From Dendrobates tinctorius (lineage: Eukaryota), in NCBI RefSeq assembly GCF_039654945.1, contig NW_027361819.1, positions 1,624,448 to 1,676,000 on the forward strand: DNA of 51,553 nt. Direction: 5' to 3'. Position numbers and translations under genes: made by a program. Shown in pieces: positions 38,023 to 50,361 of the stretch; within the stretch, counting starts at the first letter, position 1, and every line of letters starts with the position of its first letter. The notes under the pieces were generated by a model. It did not search any database, was not told the DNA's origin, and worked only from the letters and a program-made list of their open reading frames with translations.

Positions 38023-39591
38023 ATGGCGTCTGCGGAGCTGAGGGATGAGCTGAACTGCTCCATCTGCCTGAGCCTCTATACAGATCCCGTATCCCTGAGA
38101 TGTGGACACAACTTCTGCCGCTCGTGTATTGTGAGTGTGCTGGATGCCCAGGAGGCGGCTGGAGGGTATTCCTGTCCTGACTGCAGAGCCGAATATCCGG
38201 AGCGTCCGGCCCTGGAGAAGAACCGGAAGCTGGAGAACATAGTGGAGCATTTCTCATCTACTCAGCCTGATATGGAGGAGACCAGGATCTTCTGTGCTTA
38301 CTGTACAATGTCTCCTGTACCGGCAGTAAGAACTTGTCTGCAGTGTGAGACCTCCCTATGTGACGACCACCTGACAGCCCACAACAATACAGTGGATCAT
38401 ATATTAATAGATCCTACAAGATCTTTTGGCAGCAAAAAATGTTCCCATCACAAGAAGGTTCTGGAATATTACTGCCCGCAGGACGCGGCTTGTCTGTGTG
38501 TGTCTTGCTGTCTGGTTGGTGAACACCGAGGACACCAGGTGGAACTTCTAGATGAGGCTTCTGAGAAGAAGAAAAAGGAACTGAGGGAATATCTGGATGA
38601 ACTAAACCCACAAAAAGTAGAAATTCAGACAAGAGTCCAGAATCTGCAAGATCATAAAGAAAATATCCAGGAGAAAGCCTCCGATAAGAGGAAGAACATC
38701 AGTAAGATATTTATGGACATTAAGGAGCAACTGGAAATGGCAGAAAAGAAAGTGCTGAGCGAGGTCTCCAGGCAGGAGGAGAAGATTATGTCCCAGATAT
38801 CTGATCTGATCAAGAAACTGGAAATACAGGAGGACGAGCTGTCCAGGAAGATGTGTCACGTGGAGGAGATGTGTCGTGTCACCGACCCAATAAGACTCTT
38901 ACAAGAAAGTGACATTACAGTAAGTAGTCATGGACGTGATGAGGACATAGGAGGAGATGGTGGAGAGGTCAGTTCTGAGGAGGATCTGGATGAGGTTCTG
39001 ATCTCACTGACCTTACACCGATCTATGAGGGATATTGTCACCAATGTAACATCAGAGCTCGGGGTCCATGTCCCAGACATATTGCTGGATGTGGACACTG
39101 CTTACGAATGTGTGAAGGTATCAGAAGATCTGAAAACAGCAACAATATCAGAAGAAAAACAGGAAATGCCAGAATCACCAGAGAGATTTGTGGATTACCC
39201 CCAGGTGTTAAGCAGATGTGGCCTCTCCTCGGGACGACATTACTGGGAGGTAGAGTGGGACCAGATAGGAGACTGTGCCATCGGATTGTCCTATCCCAGT
39301 ATAGAAAAGGATGGCGATAAGTCTGCTATTGGATATAATGATAAATCTTGGAGTCTGGATATGTATAATGGAGGTTATAAAGTATGGCACAACTCCAATG
39401 AACTAACCCTCAGTGTAAAGCCAACATGTCCAACACTTGGTATCTTCTTAGACTATGAGGCCGGGCGTCTGTCCTTCTATGAGCTGTGTGACCCCATCAG
39501 ACACTTACACACCTTCACCGCCTCCTTCACTGAACCCCTACATGTTATCATCTATGTGAGTGATGGAGCCTCTGTTACAATAAGAAGCTGA
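38023..39591 (+). CDS. Intronless TRIM E3 ubiquitin ligase, TRIM25/finTRIM-like architecture (copy C, 522 aa)
   Basis: Same RING, B-box1, B-box2, coiled-coil and PRY/SPRY motifs as copy A. Uninterrupted ORF. Confidence 0.95.
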   Translation: MASAELRDELNCSICLSLYTDPVSLRCGHNFCRSCIVSVLDAQEAAGGYSCPDCRAEYPERPALEKNRKLENIVEHFSSTQPDMEETRIFCAYCTMSPVPAVRTCLQCETSLCDDHLTAHNNTVDHILIDPTRSFGSKKCSHHKKVLEYYCPQDAACLCVSCCLVGEHRGHQVELLDEASEKKKKELREYLDELNPQKVEIQTRVQNLQDHKENIQEKASDKRKNISKIFMDIKEQLEMAEKKVLSEVSRQEEKIMSQISDLIKKLEIQEDELSRKMCHVEEMCRVTDPIRLLQESDITVSSHGRDEDIGGDGGEVSSEEDLDEVLISLTLHRSMRDIVTNVTSELGVHVPDILLDVDTAYECVKVSEDLKTATISEEKQEMPESPERFVDYPQVLSRCGLSSGRHYWEVEWDQIGDCAIGLSYPSIEKDGDKSAIGYNDKSWSLDMYNGGYKVWHNSNELTLSVKPTCPTLGIFLDYEAGRLSFYELCDPIRHLHTFTASFTEPLHVIIYVSDGASVTIRS

Positions 39592-42500
39592 GGCCGATGT
39601 CGTCCTCGTCACGTTATGATGACATTATTCCTTGTCACATGGACACATCTGTATATAGTGAGTTATCAGCGGGACCCTCTAATAATACAATGTATATGGC
39701 GGAGTCATGGGGGGATTGTTCCTATTGTTTTTTCCTCTTCCCTGTAGATCAGATGCAGAATCAATTATTGAGCAGAATGTAAAACTGAATCACTGAATTG
39801 TTGTGACACTGATAATTGTTCAGTAAAGGGTTAATCCTGGTATATAGCTGGGATATGTCAGCACTCTCTTACTCCTGGGACCCCAACCGATCCTAAGGCT
39901 GAGTGCAGACGGACTTTTTGGCCCTGCAGATTTTTCCGTGCAGAATGGAAGAAATCCGCAGGTCAAATGACCCGCATTTTTCCTACGGATTTCTTCCATT
40001 TTTCATGCCGTTTTCTTGTGGTTTTTGTGCCGTAACATGCTGTGGATTTTGTACCACGGAAAAATCCGCAGCGTCTGCACAATGTTTTTTTTTTTTTTTT
40101 TCCCATTGATTTTAAGGCTACTGTACATCACAATGCAGATATGCAACGTTTCTAAGCGGTAAAATCCGCTGCGGAACCGCTGCAAATCTGCATGGTGTGC
40201 ACACAGCCTTCGACTAAAGGGGCTGCAGCATTAATTCAGCCTCCTGCACATCGGAGCTCTGGACTCCCCCGATGCAGGAGCTGCAGTACGGCCGCAGTGG
40301 ATGGGGGGCACATCGGGGGTCCGGAGCTCCACGCTAGATCAGCACTGTGGCTCCTCCATTCTCAGGGTCTGTGGGGTCCGCACCAGTCAGACACTGATGG
40401 TATACTCTAGCTATATACCGCCATGTGAAATGTCCTGTAATCTCAATAATCAGGGGACGAGTGCAGGGACCCCAGTGATCCTGAGATCGGGGGTCCTGTG
40501 TGCGCTCAGCCGCTTCTCTATCCCCCTGTATCTCTGTAGTCACTAAGGCGCCGTACACACAGCAGAGCCGGATACACGGAGGCCGCACAGGCTCTGGTGG
40601 GGTCCTATGTGCGGAGATCCCCCATAGATGCAATGTGTGCTATATCCAGACTGCAGACAGATCATCATGGCGCCGCGGGCTCTGAGCTTCACACTGGTTC
40701 TGTGTTCTGGTGGTTCTCTGTTGGGGGATGTTCACACCACTTCTTTTTCAGTCGGGTTTGGAGCCGGTTCACTTCTGAAAATTGCCTTAAAAAGTGCTGA
40801 GAAAATGCTGCGTAGAATGGACGTATTTCTGCTGTGTGAACACGACGCGCGTCACGTGCTCAGGATTTTCCGGCTCTTGGGTTGGGTGAGGGCTTATTTT
40901 TTTCCTCCTTGAGGTGACTTTTTAATTGATACCATTTTGGGGCAGATTCGATGTTTTGATTGTCTGTTGCACATTATTGCGGCAACCAAAAAATATGTAA
41001 TTCTGGGAATTTGATTTTTTTTTTCTCCTTACACTGTTTAATTCTTTAATCAGTCATGAAGGGGTTAAATGTCCTCTATCAGCGCAGAATGACTGTTCAC
41101 ACCAAGTCCGGGCGCTCGGGGCATCATGGCGGCCAATCATTTATAGTGCACCCTCCCACCTGCTTGTTTTCCCGCTATCTCCGCCCCTTCTACTTTGATT
41201 GACAGTTGTGACTTCATAGTGCTGAGAAGGACGGAGATAGATGGGAAGCTGCACGGAGCTGGCTGGCCGCCATGATGGAGCCTGGACTTGGTGTGAACAG
41301 TCGTTCGGTGCTGACAGTCGCCCTTTAGTATTATATTTACATGGTAATACGGTAACCAAGGTAACCAGGTGACTTCTCTAAGGTAACAGGGTGAATGGTA
41401 ACCCATAGCAACCAGCACAGGGTAGTCTCGGAGAGCCCTGAAGAGAACCATGGTAGGTGGCATCACACCTGGTGTCAGGAGGAGGATGGCGGCTCATTTC
41501 CATCTCTTACAATGAGGTTTTCTTCCATATATCTGACAGATTCACAGACATTTCCTCAGATCGATGGTGTAATCGTGTGTTCAGAGCTGATAAATGGCGC
41601 GGCCGGCTGTGTGTTATGTGCAGGAAGAGGCGGCTGTGACCCCTCACACAACAGCTGAGACGCCATTTCAGGAGCAGAATCCTGGTCGGCCATTTTGTAG
41701 CTGTGCTCGGTGTAACGGAGGCTTTATGGTCAGTGACAGAAATGATCTCTGAGGAGACAGTTTGTGTAGGACGGAGGCCGGCCGCCATATTACAGGGTTT
41801 CCAGAATTCTGTGTCACTAATCGCTTTATGTGAAGGCGATGGAGACCCCGGCTGTACGGAGCGCGGGCAGCCATGCTGGATCTCCACAGGGAGATGAGCG
41901 CACCAGGGTGACACAGACGTCCGACATCGATGACCTATGTGAGGAGAGTTAGGGCGGCACACCCTTAGTGTTAATGTACAGGTGACCAATACACGGCGTG
42001 GCCACAACTTCCTGTCAGCGGAGCTGTGTGACGGCGGTGTCTGCTGGGACAAGCTGTGGTTTCCATTGGTGTCTTTCTGTGGTACATGGGACTGTGTCAT
42101 CACCTTATATTAACCCTGTAGAGGCCAAAATAACAAAAAACAGCAATTTCCGCCCGTTTTTGTTGCAGATTTTTCTCCAGTCACGGTAACACAAATCCTA
42201 CATACTAGATAAAGAAAAGACCTGATTGGGGTAAAAATCAGTCACTTGGATTATATTTAATAAATAACCATAAAAAACCCATAACATCGACACCAATAAC
42301 CAGTTATCACATAAATATAAAAGACCCAAGGGCTGGGCGATGTTCCCACAGGCCGCGCTCCAACGAGACGTGGCCCTCAGGACCCCACAGCCCCTTTCAT
42401 CATGGCCTGAAAATCTAAATGAGAGATATCTAGAGCGATGCCGGACAGACGTCCCCGATCTCTTCTGTGTGACCCCGGAGTGAGAAAACCATCAACCAGA

Positions 42501-43238
42501 ACCATACAGCTTTCTAATGCTTTGTTATTCCTTTTCCTTATTTTTTCCATGAATAAAAACCCTTTTTTGACCAAATTATTCTGGGGATTTTTCTCAGAAA
42601 AGGCGAAACAAGTAAAAGGAAAAACTCCACTTTAATGAGCTTTTTATAGTGTAGAAAAGCTTTGATTCTGCCGTTTTTTACCTGCATTTTTTTAGTCTCC
42701 ACATAGAAGACGAGAGAAAAAAAAAAAGCACCAAAACCGCACAGTGCAGCAGCGTCTTTAGACCACAGGGGGCGCCGCTCTCATGAAATCACACTCACTT
42801 TGCTGGAACTGCAGAATTTCCGTGGAAAAAAAAGCAAAAACGCATCAAATATGGGAGAAAACGCATAAAAGAAACTCGGCAAACACGCAGTAATCAGAGG
42901 AGATTGTTATTGCGCTGTGTGGTGCAGACACCTGCCGAAAAAACGCGGCATTTACGCTACGGTGTGAACACGGCCTCAGCATTACACTTTTATTACATTT
43001 TTAATGGTTTTTATAGAGCAAAAATATCAATCGCAGCATATGTTTTACACCATTTACCGATTTCTGTGAATAATCTGATCGCTGTGTTGTGCTAGTCGTT
43101 ACAGGGACACCATATATATCCATGTTATTGGCTGATTCGTGATGTTCATTATTTAAAAAAAAAATGATAATTAAAACTGACATTATTGTTTTTCATTTTT
43201 TTTAGTAATTTTTATAGGAAGAAAACAAATCTCTTTTA

Positions 43239-43873
43239 GGCTGGAGTCACATTAACCTGCGCAAAATACGGTCAGTATTTTACATGCGTAATACGGATGA
43301 CAGACCCCTAAATAGTGCTCCGTATGTCATCCGTAATCAAGGTGTGGTTGCGTATTTTGCGCATGTAAGCATCCGTATGTAATCCGTATGGCATCCGTAT
43401 GGAGAGATTTTCTCGCAGGCTTGCAAAATGGACATATAATGGAGCCCTATGACAGTTTTAATAAAGAAATGAAAGAATAGATATAGACACATAGAATGCA
43501 TATATATATATATGTATTCTATGTGTATATATCTATTCTTTCGTTTCTTTATTAAAACTGTCAGTGTGAGTTTACTGTATAGCGCACTGAATTGCCGGCT
43601 TTGCTAAAAGACACCGGGTGCGTATTTCTCGCAAGTCACATGTGTGGTCCGTGTGCAATCCGTATTTTTTGCGCACCCATAGACTTGCATTGGCGTACTA
43701 CGGGCGTAGTACGCTGACAATCGCAGCATGCTGCGAGTGGCACGGAGCGGAGGATACGGAGGAGAAATATACTCCTGGTGCGAGTGACCCCATAGAGAAT
43801 CATTGGTCCGTGTCTAATGCGTGCTTTTTGCGCCTCTCACGCACCCGTATTCCTCGCCAGTGTGACTCCGGCC
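43239..43873. mobile_element. 635-bp Harbinger-like non-autonomous element specific to unit 3
   Basis: TIRs GGCTGGAGTCACA and TGTGACTCCGGCC, TSD TTA. Empty sites at about 15178 and 30960. Confidence 0.88.
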
Positions 43874-44842
43874 TTATTCTCCGTCTAGAATACAGAGACA
43901 TAGAGATACACTGCTATGTCCAGATGTATCTCTATGTAATCAGCCTGCAGAGTCTGAGCCTGCAATACAGATCACGTATAAAAACAATATAAAAACAATT
44001 ATCCCAGGGACATCACCAGAGCCTGTGGTGCAGTAGCTTTATCTCTTGCCGGTAATGTTGAAGGTTGTGTATTTGAGACCTTGGAAGACGCACAAATTAT
44101 TTTTAGTAGTTTTATTAAACAAAAAAAATCTGACTTTTTCTTCCCCTCTGTATAAAAGCACAAATACAGTGCTGTATACAATGTACATGTATAATCTGCT
44201 TCTAGGGTCACTTCCTGCAATATATTCTCCTGAATTTATCATCATTAGTTTTGGCTCCTAGCTAGAGCTGCTGCCTGAGAACATGGAGATTTGAGTTGGA
44301 GTCCTGGGGAGACCCGATTCCAGGAAAGGAGAACAAGTGTTAGGCCGGGGTCACACTTGCGAGAAACTCACACGAATCTCGCATCTCGATCGCCAGCACT
44401 CGGACCGGAGCACTCAGCCGCACACTCCAGTCCCGAGTGCCCGGGTATTGAGACTCGTGCGTGTTTCTTGCAAGTGTGACCCCGGCCTTAATGTTATAAT
44501 ATAATTTACATCAGTGCAGAGAGATTATACCCCCCATCCCGATGAGGAGGAGCTACATAGCAATTAAAACAATGGAGAGAGGGTGAGTAATAGAAGCGTG
44601 GACAAAAGCCCAGACATGGTGGGACTAAGTGCCCAAATTGTGACAGTCCTGCTGAATCCGGTACGGTTGGGAGCTATGTTGTTGCGCATTACAAACACCC
44701 AGGGTCGGTATTTCTCATTTGTGTCTCTTCTATTCAGCATTGAACGTTCCCGTAGCAGTTTTGCACCTTTGTCTCATTATTGGGCCATGTTCAGTATTTT
44801 ACATCAGTACTTGTAGCCACAATCAGGAATAGAAAAGTCTAA

Positions 44843-45746
44843 GGCTATGTGCTCACGTAGCGTTTTAAAACGCTCACTAAAAACCGGACTCCTTCCCAGA
44901 AATCGCACGTTTTTTTTCCGCGCGATTTCACGGCGATTATGATCGCGATTTTGCCGCGATTTTCGCGTGCGATATTCAAGCACTTTCCAAGCGATTTGAA
45001 GCATCGCTTGAAAAGTGATTGACAGGTTGGTCACACTCGTCAAACATAGTGTTTGACAAGTGTGACCAGGTTTTTACTATTGAGGCCGCCTATGCGGCCT
45101 CAATAGTAAAAGATAGAATGTTAAAATGCTAAAAAAAATAAAAAAATCAGTGTATATTTACCTTCCGGCGTCCCGCGCTGCATTCCCGGGCCTCAGCGTT
45201 CCCAGTAATGCCTTGCGAGACCTGTGATGACGTAGTCTCGCGTTGCTATAGCGATCTCGCAAGACTACGTCATCACATGACCTTGCCGCAAGGCATTACT
45301 GGGAACGCTAGGCCGGGAATGCAGCGCGGGACATCGGAAGGTAAATATACCCCGATTTTTTATTTTTTATTCTTTTTTTTACAGGGGGATGGTACCCAGG
45401 GCCTGGAGGACAGTCTCCTCTCCTCCACACCATGGGTACCAACCGCACATGAGACGCTTAACTTCCCGCATGGTGGGCATAGCCACATGCGGGAAGTAAG
45501 CGATTCTCATGCATTCCTATGGGTGCGGAATCGCGGCAATTCTTTGCGATTCCGCACAAAAGAATGAGCATGCTGCGATTTTTTTTCCGCGATGCGATTC
45601 CGGCGCAGAAAAAAGCGCAGCATTAGCACAGCATGTGCGGAATGCCATAGGAATGCATGGGGGGCGTTCTGTACACGATTTTTAAATGTTTTCGCGCCGA
45701 AAATCGCAGCAAAAACGCTTAAAAATCGCTACGTGTGCACACAGCC
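44843..45746. mobile_element. 904-bp Harbinger-like non-autonomous element specific to unit 3
   Basis: TIRs GGCTATGTGCTCACGTAGCG and CGCTACGTGTGCACACAGCC, TSD TAA. Empty sites GAAAAGTCTAATAGAAAC at about 16182 and 31964. Confidence 0.88.
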
Positions 45747-47343
45747 TAATAGAAACTCGGCACCACTTCTGGATTTATCACCCACTCCAGGCTTTGGCCA
45801 CAAATACTGATGTAAAATTCTGACCGTGTGAACGAGGCCTTAGGGTGAACATAAATTGGTTGTAAATGAAGGTAATAAATGTTTTGATTCCGGTATTTCT
45901 ATCACCATAGCAAGTTATAAAGGGGCAGCAGCCGATTATTGCGAAGTAACAGATAAAACCTAAGATGGAAACAGCATGAACATATCCGCTGCTATAAGTA
46001 AGTAAAAAGCAATAATGCAAATAAATAACACGGGGGCTCGGTAATCAGTGTTATTGATGACACCAGCGACAAGGTGCAACCAGTCGGGACGGTCCTAACT
46101 TCTAGTATTAACACCTTACATGTGTCAAAAATGACAAAACTGTAAAAAGTGATCAGAAGTGTACGGCTGAGCACTACGTATAATGGCGTTACGCATAATG
46201 GCCAGTGTGAACATGCACCTACATGTTGCCTCTATACCAACTTATACTCCAGTTCATTTCTTATGGTTTTTACAGTGAAGTAACATACTAACTCCACTGA
46301 TAGAGAACTTAAAGGGGTTGTCCAGAATTGGGCCACATTCATATGATGAGATTTAGATTTTGGGGTTAGGTTTAGCGTTGGGGCGATGGTTAGTTTTTTT
46401 CCACAAATAAATGCAAGTCATATCGAAGAAATGTTCCCACTATCATGAAGTACAATATGTCACAATAAAACTCAGAATCACCGGGATCTATTGAAGAGTT
46501 CCAGAGTTATCATCTCAAAAAGGGACAGGGGTCAGAATTGCACTAATTGGCCCGGTCATTAAGGTCAAAATTAGTTCTAAGGGATTAAAGGGAACCTGTT
46601 ACCCCCCCAGGGCGTTTTTTAAATGAAAGAGCCACCTTCAGCAGCACTAAGGCCGCATTCTGTGAAGGTGGCTCTTATGTTTCTGATCCCTAGTAATGCC
46701 GAAATATATACGTCGTGTGTGTCCAGAAAGTGTGTTTTCTCCCCCCGGTGTCCAGCGTCTTAGAGCCGTCCATCATCCCCCTCTTGCGTTGTTGCGCCAC
46801 CTCCTCAGCGGTAGTGGAAATGTGAGAAGTCATATATGTCTTTGTTGTAATCTCTGCAGCTGAGTCCTGGCTGGAGAAGTTGTCATGTTGGTCTGGGCCA
46901 GATGGAAAAGACGGGAAAAGTGAACGTTTCCATCAGAAAGAACATCAGCTGTAAGTCACCATCTATAACTGTACTGTAATCTGCTATACGTTCTGCAGAA
47001 GTATCTACCGCACCATGTGGCGGTAATAACAGTGTTTTTTCTTTTTATAGAGATTTATTTTCAGTAATACCATGATTAACGGCTGAGGTTCCCTTATGCC
47101 TAGGGCCGGCATTAGGAGTAGCCAGACCAGACAGCTGCCTAGGGCCCCCACTCCTCCAGGGGCCCTAGCCAGTGACCGCTATGGGACCCGTGAGTAAGAG
47201 GGGCCCGGTGCTGCCCCCTCCCCCCGCATTCAACTTATCAGCATAATAGATGCCTATACTGTTGAAAGCAGTGATGGAGGAGAGAGCATCACATGACACT
47301 CCTCCCATAACTCCACCTCTGCCTCTGACTCAGTGTGTGCCAG

Positions 47344-48632
47344 TGGGATTCCCTCACACCCAGGGCTGTGGGGTACTCGGTACCGGGCCCGGTGGATCTC
47401 AATGGAAGTTGTCACGGTAGCTGTGACGCGTCCCGTGGCCCTTTGCGCCCATTGTAAATGTTCAGTGTGAATGAATAAGTCATGACGCCACCTGAGGTGT
47501 TCAGCAATGTAGATGCTAGGCCGATGCTGCAGACAGATCCTCTGGGACAGATGGTGTGGTGCAGCAGTGATGGTATAGTCCTCCACAGGCAGGGCTGTAG
47601 TCCCAGGGCAGAGTAGATATGGTGACACTTACATGGTGTAGTGTCAGGCGCAGGGGAGGTAGCAGTGCTGGGCAGGTTGACGCAGGTATAAGTGGAGGAC
47701 ACCAGGGCATGTAGTTCCAAAGCTTTACTCACAGTCTGTCGTACAAACAGGTGCCTGCCTCCGTGCCGTGTCCTCCGGGTCTGGGACTCAGTCAACCCCC
47801 AGGCCAGATGGAATACTCCTTTCCAACACTCCGCCAACTTGTGCCTTTCTGAACGTCTCCTCTTATAGCGCCTTTAGATGAAGTACTTCTAGTACTGAGT
47901 TACACTGGAGTTCCTCCTGTCTGATGTTCCTATGAACTCTACTTGTACTGCAGACAGCTGTAGCCTGCTTCGGGGACTCCTTGCTACTAAGTCCCGGCTC
48001 ACTATCCAGTTGCTGTTGTGCCCCCAAGTCTTGTGTGGGAATAAAGTGGTCTCTACTTCTATTCCTCCGGTGTCTGCTGCAGGACCATTAGTATCCGTTC
48101 AACCTCGGGGACCAGGGACCGGCCTTGCGCTTAGAACTTGTAGGAAGGGTTCTCTTCTCACCCACGTCCTCTGTTCTCTTCTACGCCTCATGTTCCGTAC
48201 TAATCCTTTCTTTCTATGGTGAGTCAAGCTTTCAGTCTATGTTGCTCTGTCTTTCTCTCTTTCCCGTGCCAGCAGACCCAGATCACTCGGATCTGCTGCA
48301 GCACTTCCATCCATCTATCCCTCTCTCTAGGGATCTTCTCTCTCCAACCAACTACTGACTAACTGACTTAAACTCTTCCCGCTCCTTGAAATGTAATCTA
48401 ACCCCACCCACCTCCCAGCACGTTTCGTGTTCCAAGCAGGGAGCCACCAATGGGTGCTTTGCTATACTCCAAGCAGGGAGCCGCCGAAGGTGCTTTGCTA
48501 CACTACTTTGTGGTGTCAGGTGCAGGTGTTGGGAGCGTGGTCAGGAGTCTCCACCTTACCTGGATGGTGGGGTACCACACCTCAGGAGGAGGTGCAGTAC
48601 CTCTGTGGCGACTAAGCCTCAGGGGCGCCACA
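47344..48632. mobile_element. Solo LTR (1289 bp, probably Gypsy-type) specific to unit 3
   Basis: TG...CA termini with 4-bp TSD CCAG (47340-47343 and 48633-48636). Empty site GTGTGCCAGCAGGGG at about 17745 and 33525. Confidence 0.8.
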
Positions 48633-49754
48633 CCAGCAGGGGAGCTGAGACGCTCTGCAGAGTGTAGAAGCCATGCAGGGGGGAACGAGGAGGAGAGGTA
48701 AGCATTGTGTGTGTCTGCTGCACTATACTGTCTGTGTGAATGCATTCTAGTGTGTGTATGTGTGTGTCTGCTGCATTGTACTGTGTGTGGGGCTGCATTA
48801 AACTCTGAGGGGGCTGCTTTATACTCTCGGGGGCTGCATTATACTCTGAAGGCACTGCATTATACTTTGTGTGCGGGGCTGCACTATAATGTGTGTCTGT
48901 TTGTGGGGGAGCTGAATTATACTGTGTGATTGTGGGGGGGCTGAATTATACTGTGTGATTGTGGGGGGGCTGCATTACACTGTGTGTGTTTGTGGAGGGG
49001 CTGAATTTTATTGTGTGTAGGGTGGCTGCATTATACTTTGTGGGGCTACTTTATACTTTGAGGGGGCTGCCTTATACTGTGTGTAGAGCTGCATTATATT
49101 CTGAGAGGGCTGCATTATACAGTGTGTGGGGGGCTGCATCAAACTGTGTGTGTGTGGGGGGTGCATTATACTATGTGTGTAGGGGGGGTGTATTAAACTC
49201 TGTTGGGGCTGTATTGTAAGCAGGAACATGGGATGCAGTGATGGGCAGGAGGCAAAGCAAGGGTTAACAGGTATATTATCAGGGAATACTCCACGCAGGA
49301 AGGCAATGGATTAAACAGGGTAAAAACAGTACAGTTAGAAACGAATATGGTGAGGTGAAGAAAAAACTGTTCAAATACTGGCAGTTTTGATGAGTCAATG
49401 ATTCCTAAGTCCATGAAATGGATAGCACTGACAACAGCTGGTGCGGTATCTTTTCCAGAAAGGTCCTGTGGGCATCATTGCCCCGTCTTCTGGTGGCAGC
49501 GGTCGGTCTCCGTTACCTTCTGCTGAGCCCTAGTCCATATACTGATGTGACCGGAGGAGTGTTGGCCACGGCACTGTCTGAGCCCGATGTGGCCCCTGCA
49601 CAACTCTTCTCACAGTCTCTGTCAGCGGTGGCGGTCGTGGTGCTTGGGTGTAGGCCTACGCTGTACGGATGCTCTGGGACCGAAGCACTCACTGGTCCCT
49701 GCTGTAGTGTCTGACAAGGGTACGTGCCACAGTCCTGTATGAGCCCAACATTTC

Positions 49755-49998
49755 TTTGGGGGCCATGCTAAGTAATCTACCCAGGTTCTTCGGCAGCAAT
49801 ACTATGCTGTAGAACTGGCGGAGCGAATGCGTGGGTTATTCAGGATGCATCCGCTTACCCTTGACCTAGAGGCAGAAGTGGCCCTGATGGCGTTGGACGG
49901 GGAAGCCCGGGATACCGTAATGTTGAGGCCCTGGGGGCAGCGAAACACCTTTGTCAGGGTGTTACAGATCTTAGAAGAGGCCTATGGGGACCCGACCG
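49755..49998 (+). mobile_element. Gypsy/Ty3 gag (PNMA-like capsid) fragment
   Basis: LPRFFG...ERMRGLFRMHPL...VALMALDGEARD...LQILEEAYGDPT resembles Ty3/Gypsy capsid. Contains a stop and a frameshift. Confidence 0.55.
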
Positions 49999-49999
49999 A

Positions 50000-50361
50000 T
50001 AGAGTTGAGCGAAACGGGTCGAACAATTTCAAAAGTCGCCAACTTTTGGCAAAGTCGGGTTTCATGAAACGAAACCCGACCCTAGGATGAGGTCGGCCAC
50101 GAGGTCGGCGACTTATGCGCCAAAGTCGCGTTTCAAAAGTTTGTTTAGCGCTCTTTTTCAGCCAATCAGGATCCACGGACACTGTGGGCAACGTGATGAC
50201 ATAGGCAGGGGTCACCACCATCTTTCAGAAGGGCATGCAAGTGATTGGCTTGCTTTGGTGGGCGTCACAGGGGTTATAAAAGGGCGTGCACGCCGACCGC
50301 CATCTTACTTCTGCCGATCTTAGCATAGGGAGAGGTTGCTGATTCTGTAGGGAGAGCGTTA
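50000..50361 (+). mobile_element. End of a hAT-like non-autonomous element
   Basis: Begins TAGAGTTGAGCG, a terminus typical of amphibian hAT-like repeats. Interrupts the gag fragment; other end not in the window. Confidence 0.45.

Larger units (their letters stand above)
2548..49749 (+). repeat. Tandem segmental triplication (TRIM plus spacer; core unit about 12.4 kb)
   Basis: TRIM starts at 2733, 25572 and 38023 (B-to-C spacing 12,451 bp; A-to-B is larger because of the ERV and CR1). Spacers align co-linearly, e.g. 14191-21849 with 29984-37617. Homology begins near 2548 and ends abruptly near 49749. Confidence 0.95.
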
